Assembly (NCBI GenBank): GCA_039802865.1
Contig: JBDRXL010000005.1
Span: 6,099-70,098, forward strand
Direction of reading: 5' to 3'
Length of the DNA: 64,000 nucleotides
DNA from: a candidate division WOR-3 bacterium
Lineage (GTDB): Bacteria; Hydrothermota; Hydrothermia; LBFQ01; DSFT01
The position numbers were made by a program, and so were the translations under genes. The notes beneath the pieces were generated by a model. It saw only the letters and a program-made list of their open reading frames with translations, was not told the DNA's origin and ran no database searches. Below, in pieces: positions 19,992-29,385 of this stretch (its first letter is position 1; every line of letters begins with the position of its first letter).

Positions 19992-20065
19992 TGGGCGCGC
20001 CCCGACTTGAACGGGGGACCTCCATCGTGTGAGGATGGCGCTCTTACCAGCTGAGCTACGCGCCC
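19992..20065 (-). tRNA. tRNA-Val(CAC), CCA not encoded
   Basis: GGGCGCG/CGCGCCC acceptor, GCTC/GAGC D stem, CCATC-CTCACAC-GATGG anticodon arm, GTTCAAGT T loop, discriminator A. Confidence 0.95.
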
Positions 20066-21180
20066 TTTTCTTTTAATTCCCTTAATAACTCATCCATTTC
20101 TTCCTTTATATGCCAAGGCATTTGAGCATAAACATCTTCAAATGTTGTTTCAGGTCCAGGTAAAGGTCTCTTTTCTGCTTCATCAATAGCTTTATTTAAT
20201 TCATCCTCAATCTGCTCATCTAGTTCTTTTTCCCATTCTTCATTCCAAATTCCAAGCCTTTGTAAATATAATCTTGCTCTCTTAATTGGATCCCATGTTT
20301 TTTGCCAATACTCAAGTTCTCTCGGATCTCTATACCTATCTGCTTGATCTGCTGTTGAATGAGAACCATATCTATAAGTTAAAGCTTCAATTAATACAGG
20401 TTCTTTGTTATGGGCTTTTTCAAATGCTAATTTAGTAGTAGCATAAACTGCCAAAAAGTCATTCCCATCAACATAATAACCTTCCATACCATAAGCAATT
20501 GCTTTAATTGCTATATTTTTAGAAGCATATTGTCTTTTAACAGGAACAGATATTGCCCAGTGATTATTTTGAACAAAAAATACAACTGGCGTTTTAAATA
20601 CCCCTGCCATTGTAAGAGCAGAATGAAAATCACCTTCCGCTGTTCCTCCATCTCCTACATAAACAATTATTGCTTCATCCTTTTTTAAATAATTTATAGC
20701 CATTCCTATACCAACCGCTTGTGGAAGCTGATTTCCAACAGGACTAGAAATAGTTATAATTCTTAATTTTCTCATACCCCAATGGACTGGCATTTGTCTT
20801 GCTTTATTAACTTCCATTCTACCCATTACTTGTGCAAACATTTCAACAAGTGGATAACCTCTTACAAGATAAACTCCATGCTCTCTATGAGCAGGAAATA
20901 TCCAATCATTTTCAGGCACTGCATAACCACTTGCAACAGTTGCAGCCTCTTGACCGGCAACTTCTACATAAAATAATGCTTTTCCAGAACGAGTTAAAAA
21001 CATTCCCTTTCTATCAAAAGCCCTTGTTAATTTCATATAATAATATAATGTCTTTAAATCTTCCTCGGTAAGTCCTATATCTTCTGGTGTAAAGTCAAAT
21101 AAAGGCTCTCCCTCACTTGATATAAATCTTATAGGTTCATCTGTAAATGGTTGAATATAATTTAAAGTTTTTTCAGTCAT
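20056..21180 (-). CDS. pdhA: 2-oxoacid (pyruvate or branched-chain) dehydrogenase E1 alpha subunit
   Basis: GQEA, GNQLPQAVG, GDGGTAEGDF..N (ThDP motif), YRYGSHSTAD. Confidence 0.85.
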   Translation of the reverse strand: MTEKTLNYIQPFTDEPIRFISSEGEPLFDFTPEDIGLTEEDLKTLYYYMKLTRAFDRKGMFLTRSGKALFYVEVAGQEAATVASGYAVPENDWIFPAHREHGVYLVRGYPLVEMFAQVMGRMEVNKARQMPVHWGMRKLRIITISSPVGNQLPQAVGIGMAINYLKKDEAIIVYVGDGGTAEGDFHSALTMAGVFKTPVVFFVQNNHWAISVPVKRQYASKNIAIKAIAYGMEGYYVDGNDFLAVYATTKLAFEKAHNKEPVLIEALTYRYGSHSTADQADRYRDPRELEYWQKTWDPIKRARLYLQRLGIWNEEWEKELDEQIEDELNKAIDEAEKRPLPGPETTFEDVYAQMPWHIKEEMDELLRELKEKGA

Positions 21181-21195
21181 AGTGAAAATTATAAA
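21171..21195 (-). repeat. Direct repeat copy (-10 box, start codon and first codons of pdhA); partner at 23223-23247
   Basis: Minus strand TTTATAATTTTCAC-TA-TGACTGAAA vs TTTATAATTTTCAC-AT-TGACTGAAA, 23/25 identical. Confidence 0.8.
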
Positions 21196-21202
21196 GTAGA
21201 AT

Positions 21203-21761
21203 CTAATAAATCAATTTAAGTGTTTGTTTAAAAAATTGTTCTAAACTCATTTCACTTTTTATGAAATGTTTCAAAGAAGGTGTTAAATCTGTTTTATCTA
21301 TTCCATCACTTATTTTAACCTTGTTTAAATAAGACTCTATTCTCCTATTACTATAACCACTGGTACCAGGGCCTTTTCCTAAAATTTCTTCAATAATAAT
21401 CCGGTGAATGAAAAAATTTTTTCTATCTTCAAACAACTTAATATACTTCCCAGCGTTTAATATTTCCTCTTCTTTCAAAATAAAATCCAATACCAAGAGA
21501 CTTTATATTAGCACATTCTCCCAAAAGATTTTCAAAAAAATTATTAACATTTTGTTTATAACTCAATAGTAATATCAACCCGCTTAGGATAGTATCTTCC
21601 ATCTATAACTATCTCTTTTCCATTTAAGTAATTTACTTTATACCTATTGCCAAGAATATTCTGATAAGTTTCACCTAACCATGTATGAACTGGCCTAATT
21701 TTTTCTAAGATTCAGCCAAAGCTTTAAAAAAGCCTTCTTTTCTTATTTTTACATTGTTCAT
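21203..21761 (-). pseudogene. Degraded restriction endonuclease gene
   Basis: ATG 21761 gives MNNVKIRKEGFFKALAES then TAG at 21705. Later fragments (YYPKRVDITIE; SYKQNVNNFFENLLGECANIK) lie in different frames. Position directly after the MTase remnant. Confidence 0.55.
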
Positions 21762-23232
21762 AATATACCTCTTCTAAAAAACTATCTATAATATCTTTAC
21801 TTTCCTCTTTCCTTAAAAAATTTACTTGTTCTTGACTTAAATGCGGAATACCAAAGTTCATTAAAAATAACTTAGAATAACTTTTCCACCCACCCTGATA
21901 ACTTTTTGAAACATTTTCAATATAAATTTTCATAATTTTTGAATTTAAAATTTTCCTTAATAAGTATAAATCAGTAAAAGGCTCTATTTTAGGAAAAATT
22001 CCATATCCACTATAAAATGTTGTATCTTCTTTTTCACATACTACAAATGTTGGATTCAAAGCCATAGGTGGGGTCAATATTTTCCTTCCAAACGTTGTAT
22101 TTATTCCCTGTGTTCTCCCAAAAGCGAACCATGTTTCATAAGTTTTCTTACCTCTATCTCTATTTAAAAGTATATCTTTTACTCATCTTCCTGTATAATT
22201 TCGTAAGCCTTACTAACTTTTTTATATGGGAAAATTACTGACTTTTATTATCTCTTTTGTTATTTCCTTCTCTATCAAAAATTTTCTTCCATTGAAAAAC
22301 TTAACAAAATAATCACCTTCTTCAACTACATTTTCAATTATATAAATCTCATCTTTTAAAGTGGCAAGTCCTACTCTAATGTCCGCTATGTCTTTTAACC
22401 TATAAGCTTGATTTTCAATAGCTTGGATAATATCTCTATTACTTAAAACCCATATATTATGATTTAGTTCATCAAAGTATATCCTTTCACTATCCAAACT
22501 ATCCAATTTTTGAATCTGACTGGGATTTTTTACTTTTTTAAATATGAAATAGTTTTTCTTTCTCTTTGAAATTATTATTATAGAAGTATAAGCTGATACT
22601 TTGTCAAATACCTGAAAGTGGTCAAAATCAATTACCTCTTCAATTAGTTTGTTTTCCTGCAAAAATTTTCTTAAATTTTTCCTGCATAAGAGGTAAAATA
22701 ACTATTGGGTGTTATATAACCCAATTTTCCATTTTCATCTATTAATTCTATACCTAATTCTATAAATGGTATAAATATATCTGTATCTCCCTTTATAAGT
22801 TTCCAATGTTTTTTTATTAAATTTCGTGTATCATCATCCAAATTCTGTATTCTTACATATGGCGGATTTCCTACAACCGATTGAAATTTTTTATTTCCGA
22901 AAATTGATTTTATAAATGATTTATCTAAACTATTTTTCAAAAACGACAAGAGATAAAAGCTCCTTTGCTAACTATACCGCTTTTGAATCAATATCTATTC
23001 CAAAAATGTTATTTTCAACTATTTCCTTATAACTTTTTCCCGTTTTTTGCTTTAATTTAAATAATGCATCAAGAAGAAAAATTCCATTTCCACAAGCAGG
23101 GTCTAAAACCAAAATATCTTTTGATTCATTTTCCACTATTGTTTTTCTGTTTATATAATCAACTACGAATAATGGAGTATAAACTATTCCCTTTTGTTTT
23201 CTATGTATTTTTAATAATTTTCTTTCAGTCAA
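21724..23232 (-). pseudogene. Fragmented N6-adenine DNA methyltransferase (Eco57I/TaqI-like)
   Basis: Track fragments: 22972-23232 (GIVYTP, DPACGNGIFL, GIDID), 22671-22949 (VVGNPPY), 22222-22662 (DFDHFQVF, IRVGLAT), 21724-22077 (LNSKI, GGWKSY), in different frames. Confidence 0.85.
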
Positions 23233-23247
23233 TGTGAAAATTATAAA
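23223..23247 (-). repeat. Direct repeat copy supplying the -10 box and TTG start of the MTase remnant
   Basis: See partner 21171-21195. Confidence 0.8.
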
Positions 23248-23437
23248 TCTCTCTTAAAATGGATTTTGCTTTTAAACGAACTATTGGATATTCGTGATCG
23301 GAAAGCTTTTTGAAAATTTCTAAAACTCTTATATCTCTCATAAAAGTTAAGGCTTCCATTATTTCTAAAATTAACATAGGATTTTTTTCTTCATTTACTA
23401 TCTGCTCTAAATATGGCAAAGCTTCATAGAGATTCAT
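23225..23437 (-). CDS. Small HEAT-repeat-like protein
   Basis: EALPYLEQIVNEEKNP...EALTFMRD.RVLE...LSDHEYPIVRLKA pattern. Confidence 0.55.
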   Translation of the reverse strand: MNLYEALPYLEQIVNEEKNPMLILEIMEALTFMRDIRVLEIFKKLSDHEYPIVRLKAKSILREIYNFHID

Positions 23438-23526
23438 TTTGCAAATGGTATAAATTATATTGAATTAGTTTTTCTTTATAGGACAGGTTATGAAATTCAA
23501 GAAGTTCATATCCACTTTATAAATAC

Positions 23527-23545
23527 AAAAAGGGGCAAAAGCCCC
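23527..23545 (-). terminator. Intrinsic terminator
   Basis: Minus strand: TAG, then GGGGC-TTTT-GCCCC followed by TTTTT. Confidence 0.8.
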
Positions 23546-26096
23546 CTAGTTTTTAATAAATTTATAAGTTAATTGCTTATTATCTTTGCTATATGCTTTT
23601 AGAATGTATATTCCAGGTTTTAAGGATTTAAGGTTAATTTCTATGTTGTTAGTTTTAAAAATGTTTGAATAAATTAACTTGCCATCAAGAGAGTAAATTT
23701 TAATAGTTATAGGAGTTAGAAAGTTATTTAGATTAAGGGAAATTTTTGATTTATAATAATAAACTTTCTTCTCTGAAATTTTTGATAAAAGATCACCAAA
23801 CTTAGAGATAAAAGCATCATAATTACCTGCATTAGCTCCTTGATAATAAGCATTATTACTAGGACTATATGTTGGAATGTTAGTTGATAATGTATAACCT
23901 ACTACAAAAACATTACCCTGTGTATCTGTTATTATAGAACGAATAAAATCATAAGAACTTCCTCCAAAATAAGTAGCCCACACTCTTTTCCCCAAACTAT
24001 CAAATTTTAAAATAAAAGCGTCAGAATAATAATAACTTCCATCATAGTTGCAATTTCCATCAGTTCCACAATCTCCATCAAAGAAACTGCCATCCATAGG
24101 GTTAGAAACTGGAAAATTACTTGATATTGTCCATCCTCCTATAAACAAATTCCCGTTAATATCAGTAGTAAGAGAAACCGGATTATCAGTGCTTCCATCT
24201 CCTCTACTTCCTCCATAATATGTAGCCCATAACCTAACACCCGAATTGGAAAATTTTAAAATAAAAACATCAGAACTACCGGCATTACTTCCTTGATAAT
24301 AAGCACCATTCTGAGGATCTTTTGTTGGAAAATCACTTGAATTAGTCCATCCTGTTAAAAATATATTACCATTTATATCTGTTTTAATTGAAAAAGCTCC
24401 ATCAATGTAATTTCCTCCATAATAAGTAGCCCACAATCTTTGACCTGAATTATCAAACTTTAAAATAAAAGCATCAGAATAGTAATTATATCCATCATAA
24501 CCACAATTTCCAACATTACCACAAGTGCCATCAAAATAAGCACCATTTTGAGGGTCAAAAGTTGGGAAATTCGTTGAAATAGTATAACCAGTAACAAAAA
24601 TTTCACCACTATCATCTATAGCAATAGAAAAAGCCCTATCTTCATTACTTCCCCCATAATATGTAGCCCATAATAAAGCTCCCGAATTACTAAATTTTAG
24701 AATAAAAGCATCATAATAATTTGGGCAGCCTCCACAAGTACTATCATAATAAGCACCTGAGCTACTTTGAATTGGAAAATCAGAAGAAGAAGTTGCTCCA
24801 ACTAAAAAAACATTACCATTTATATCAATTGAAATAGAATAACCAATATCACCAGAAGTGCCCCCATAATATGTAGCCCATAATCTAACACCCAAATCAT
24901 TAAATTTTAATATAAAAACATCATGAGAACCACCCCCACTAAGATTACCTTGATAGTAAGCTCCATTTTGAGGATTATGTGTAGGAAAGTTACTTGACCA
25001 AGTCCATCCCGTTAAAAACACATTGCCACTATCATCAGTTGTAATAGAATAAGCATAATCAGAAAGACTTCCACCATAATACGTAGCCCATAGCCTTACT
25101 CCGGAATAAGTAAATTTTAATATGAAAGCATCATAATTACCTGCATTAGTTCCTTGATAATAAGCATTATTTCCAGCATCCTGGATTGGAAAATTAGTTG
25201 AAAATGTGCTTCCTATCGCAAATACATTACCATTAGCATCCGTTGTGATAGAATAACCAAAATCATGATAACTTCCACCATAATAAGTGCTCCAAACAAG
25301 AGCATAAGGGTCAATGAGTAAAGATTTGTTTTTGTCATAGTTAGAAATATCAAAGGTTAATAGGTTATTTTCTTTTAGTCTATAAATTACTTCTACTATA
25401 TCATTCCCTTGATACCCCACTAAATTCCCATCCTTTATCTTCCCAATTGGTGTTGATAAAATTATTGATTTTCCATTATCTGCTAATTCTATATCAGCAT
25501 ATTTTACTCTTAACTTTATTTGTGATATCAACTGGGGATTTTTTATCTCAAATTCATGATGAAAATTCCCATTATCATCATACCTAAATATCCAATTTAT
25601 TCCTGGATATACATCCTTTATTATAACCTTCCTATAACTCTTTACAAATAATATCCCATCTGGACAGTGAGCTAAATAGAAGTTCTCATATCCTGGTAGT
25701 TCATCTTGATAGATGATATTTTCTTTTTTTTATTTTCCCTCCTATTAGTTCATAGTCTATTCTGGCGTAGTGTAAAACAGAATTTTCAGGTTTTTCTTCT
25801 ATGTGTGGTAATATCTCTTTATCTTTTGAAACTTCTTTTTTCTCAATATCATATATCACATAACTTAATCCACTTTCAGTTATGAATATGCCCATATTTC
25901 CATTTCTTGAATAGAAAACAACATTTTCAGCTATCTTTCCATCCATAGTGGCAAGCTGTCCTTTATTTGGTGTGAAACCTTTATAGAGATAGGGATAGGA
26001 GTTTAGCCATTCTTTTATAATAACAGGGTCATAGGTATTTATAACATTACCAGCTATGGTTGATACAAAAGATATCAACAAGTTAAAAACTATCAT
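23546..26096 (-). pseudogene. Secreted beta-propeller (SBBP-type repeat) protein with T9SS-like tail, split by one extra A in an A8 run
   Basis: Track ORFs 25701-26096 and 23546-25531 join into one frame if one A is removed at 25724-25731. N-terminal FTPNKGQ, seven (L/V)W(A/S)TY(Y/F)GG repeats, C-terminal IYSLDGKL..PGIYIL..KFIK. SD aggagg upstream. Confidence 0.8.
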
Positions 26097-26194
26097 GATT
26101 TTACCTCCTTTCTACTTTTTAAAATAATTAACATTGCTAACTTGAAAATTTTAAAGCAAATTTTTTATTTTTGAAAAATTAATAAAAACATCAA

Positions 26195-27496
26195 TTAATT
26201 GTTTAAAACTTTTTCTTTCAATCTTTTTCCATTATATTTAACTTTTTCAACATCTATATTCTTAAAATCTCCTTTTTCCATTATAATTTTCCCATTTATA
26301 ATAACACTTGAAACATCCAAGCCATTAGCACTATAAACAATTGCAGAATAAGGGTCATATATTGGCATTAAATGAAAGTTATTTAAAGAAATTGTAATTA
26401 AATCAGCTTTCTTACCTATTTCAATACTTCCAACTTTATTATCAATTCCAAGAACTTTTGCTCCATATATTGTAGCCATTTTTAAAACATCTTTTGCACT
26501 TGCTACTTTTGGATCCATTAAATAAACTTTATGAATTAAGGCACAACTTCTCATCTCATCAATTATGTCTAAATTATTATTTGAGGCAGTTCCATCAGTT
26601 GCAATACCAACATTTATTCCCTTATTTAACATCTTTACAATAGGAGCAACACCACTTGAAAGCTTCATATTACTTTGTGGATTATGAGCAACACCTACAT
26701 TTTTCTCTTTATAAATTTCAATTTCTTCATCATCCAAATAAACACTATGAGCGGATATAAATTTATGCTCTAAAACACCAATTGAATTTAAAAATCTAAC
26801 TGGGGTTAAATTATACTTATTTTTAATAATTTCAACTTCTGCTTTTGTTTCTGCTACATGCATATGAATTGGAATATTATATTTCTTAGCAATTTCAAAA
26901 CCTTTTAAAATTAATTCTTTTGAACAAGAATAAGGAGCATGTAAGCAAAGCGTAGGATATATAAATTCATCATTTAAATAATTTTTTATAAAACTTTCAA
27001 CAATTTTAATCCCATCTTCTGGCTTTTTGAATGATGGAGTTGGAAAATCAATTAAACCCTCACCTAAAAACGCTCTAATTCCTATTTCTTTTGAAACTTC
27101 TGCGGTTATTTCTTGGAAAAAATACATATCATTATATGTTGTTGTTCCTGTTCTAATCATTTCACATATTGCTAACTCACTTGCAAGTTTTATAAATTCT
27201 CTATCAACCGCTCTATTTTCAGCAGGCCATATATAATTATTTAGCCAATCCATTAAATCCTTATCATCTGCAAACCCCCTAAATCCTACCATAGCAATAT
27301 GCGTATGAGTATTAATAAAACCTGGAAGCAATATATTTGGTCTATCATCAATTATATAATCTACGTCTTCTTTTAAATTTTCTAACTTTCCAAATTTCAA
27401 AATTTTATCATTTTCTATAAGAACAAAACCATCCTCTATAACTTCATCATCTTTATTCATCGTTAAGATATAATCTGCTTTTATAAGTATCTTCAT
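26195..27496 (-). CDS. mtaD: MTA/SAH deaminase-like amidohydrolase
   Basis: PGFINTHTH, LHAPY, HMHVAET, AHSV, HNPQSNMKL, ATDG..SNN; ATG 27496 preferred over the track start. Confidence 0.8.
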   Translation of the reverse strand: MKILIKADYILTMNKDDEVIEDGFVLIENDKILKFGKLENLKEDVDYIIDDRPNILLPGFINTHTHIAMVGFRGFADDKDLMDWLNNYIWPAENRAVDREFIKLASELAICEMIRTGTTTYNDMYFFQEITAEVSKEIGIRAFLGEGLIDFPTPSFKKPEDGIKIVESFIKNYLNDEFIYPTLCLHAPYSCSKELILKGFEIAKKYNIPIHMHVAETKAEVEIIKNKYNLTPVRFLNSIGVLEHKFISAHSVYLDDEEIEIYKEKNVGVAHNPQSNMKLSSGVAPIVKMLNKGINVGIATDGTASNNNLDIIDEMRSCALIHKVYLMDPKVASAKDVLKMATIYGAKVLGIDNKVGSIEIGKKADLITISLNNFHLMPIYDPYSAIVYSANGLDVSSVIINGKIIMEKGDFKNIDVEKVKYNGKRLKEKVLNN

Positions 27497-27529
27497 AAAT
27501 GAAATTTTAAAGTATAAAATTTTCAACTT

Positions 27530-28627
27530 TTGGAAAAGATACTTCACTTACTCATTAAATATGCTGAAAGTGAGAACTTTAAGGGTTATGACCCTTATGA
27601 CGCTTTAAATAGTCCCATTTTAAGAGCAATTGGCTTTAACAAATATATAAGAATTTTATTTACTCAACTAATAAAACACTCACCATTTAATTTTAGAAAA
27701 TTACTTCTTATAAAAAAAGAGCATAATCCCAAAGGTCTTGGATTATTTTTATCAGTTTTTTCAAAAATAGAAGACTTGGAAAATTATTATATTATTAAAA
27801 AATTGCTAATAAATTTAAGCTCAAAAGGATATAGTGGATACTGTTGGGGTTATAATTTTCCTTGGCAAAGTAGAGTTTTTTATTTAAAACCATATACTCC
27901 AACAATTGTAAATACTTCATTTATAGCCCATAGCTTTTTGGATGCATATGAAAAATTCAAAAATAGTGAAGATTTTCAAATAGCATATTCAACAACTAAC
28001 TTTATTTTAAATGATTTAAATAAATATGAGGATGATGAAATTTTAGTATTTTCATATACACCTATTGATAATTTAAAAGTTTTTAATGCAAGCTTACTTG
28101 GGGGTTCAGTTTTAGCAAGAATTTATTTATTAAATGGAAATGAATTATTTAAAAATTTGGCTCTTAAATGTGGATTATTTGCTTATAAATTTCAAAATAA
28201 AGATGGAAGCTGGTTTTATGCCCCAAACATTAAATATATTGATAATTTTCATACCGCATTTAATTTAATTGCTTTAAGATGGATATATAAAGCTACACAG
28301 GATAAAAGAATTTTAGAAGCAATTGAAAAGGGTTATGAATTTTATAAAAAATATTTATTTACAGAGGATTTCTTACCAAAGTATTATCACAATAAACTTT
28401 ATCCAATTGATATTCATTCATATGCAACTTCTATTGTTCTTTTTTGTGAATTTGGTGAAAAAGAAATTGCTAAAAAAATTCTAGAAAATGCATTAATTAG
28501 AATGTTTGATATAAAAAAGCACTATTTTTATTTTCAAGAGCATAAATTTTATAAAATTAAAATTCCATACATAAGATGGTCAATTGCTTGGATGGCTTAT
28601 GCTATTACTAATTACTTAACCAAATAA
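27530..28627 (+). CDS. Conserved hypothetical (alpha/alpha)6-barrel-like protein
   Basis: GYDPYDAL, WGYNFPWQSR, QNKDGSWFY, IDNFHTAF, YPIDIH, YIRWS; family typical of polysaccharide loci, activity not assignable. Confidence 0.6.
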   Translation: MEKILHLLIKYAESENFKGYDPYDALNSPILRAIGFNKYIRILFTQLIKHSPFNFRKLLLIKKEHNPKGLGLFLSVFSKIEDLENYYIIKKLLINLSSKGYSGYCWGYNFPWQSRVFYLKPYTPTIVNTSFIAHSFLDAYEKFKNSEDFQIAYSTTNFILNDLNKYEDDEILVFSYTPIDNLKVFNASLLGGSVLARIYLLNGNELFKNLALKCGLFAYKFQNKDGSWFYAPNIKYIDNFHTAFNLIALRWIYKATQDKRILEAIEKGYEFYKKYLFTEDFLPKYYHNKLYPIDIHSYATSIVLFCEFGEKEIAKKILENALIRMFDIKKHYFYFQEHKFYKIKIPYIRWSIAWMAYAITNYLTK

Positions 28628-28648
28628 AAGCCTTAAAATTATCTTACT

Positions 28649-29359
28649 ATGCAAGAATTAAATGAATTTTTAAAGAAGATATTGGAGATAATAGAGGAAA
28701 GAGATAGAAAATACAGAGAAGAAATGGAAAGAAGGGATAGGGAATATAGAGAAGAGATGGAAAGAAGAGACAAAGAATATAGAGAAGAAATAGCAAGAAT
28801 AAACAGAGAAATGAGAGAAGAAATAACAAAAATGATAGATGGTAGAGTTTTCTTCCATTTTGGAAATGAAACAGAAAAATTTGGAGTTGATAAACTAATT
28901 CAATACCTAAAAGAAAATGGATATGAATTAGAATTTCCAAAGAAAGTAATAAATAAGTTTAGTGTATTAAAGGAAGGTAAGAAAGATGAGAAGGGATTAG
29001 ATGAAGTGATATTAGCAAGAAAGGGAAATAAAAATTATGCATTTTTAATAGAGGCAAAGCATACACTGAATAATCAAACATTATTGCTAATTATATTAAA
29101 GTTAAGGTCATCTTTAAATAGGTTTTTTAATCAATTTAAGGATATTGATTTTGAATTTATACCAGTTATTGTTTATCAAATATCAGGTCAAAAGGATATA
29201 ATTCTTGGATATTTTTTAGATGAATTTAAGAAATATGATGGTATGGAATTTAATGAGAGGAATATAGCAGAGATATTATTTGAAGAGTTAAAGAAATTTA
29301 AAGTAAAACAAGTGATTTTTATTAGTCCTATAAATAGGTTTGAGATTTATAAAAAGTAA
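28649..29359 (+). CDS. Coiled-coil plus PD-(D/E)xK nuclease-like protein
   Basis: Four 11-aa repeats (ERRDREYREEM-like) followed by GLDEVILARKGNKNYAFLIEAK. Confidence 0.6.
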   Translation: MQELNEFLKKILEIIEERDRKYREEMERRDREYREEMERRDKEYREEIARINREMREEITKMIDGRVFFHFGNETEKFGVDKLIQYLKENGYELEFPKKVINKFSVLKEGKKDEKGLDEVILARKGNKNYAFLIEAKHTLNNQTLLLIILKLRSSLNRFFNQFKDIDFEFIPVIVYQISGQKDIILGYFLDEFKKYDGMEFNERNIAEILFEELKKFKVKQVIFISPINRFEIYKK

Positions 29360-29385
29360 TTTTTATTAACTTTAAAATTTTAGCT

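Noticed and set aside
19990-20025. ORF-track N-terminal extension MEVPRSSRGAPI of the dehydratase
   Set aside because: It is the 3' half of tRNA-Val; the enzyme-like sequence starts at ATG 19989.
23900-25300. Regularly spaced gtagccca(t/c)aa-type nucleotide repeats as a possible CRISPR array
   Set aside because: They are the WATYYGG codons of the propeller repeats, about 190-220 bp apart and inside an ORF; no cas genes nearby.
27497-27547. ORF-track N-terminal extension of mtaD
   Set aside because: It overlaps the divergent gene start and both -10 boxes; ATG 27496 fits the family N-terminus and the 7-nt spacing.
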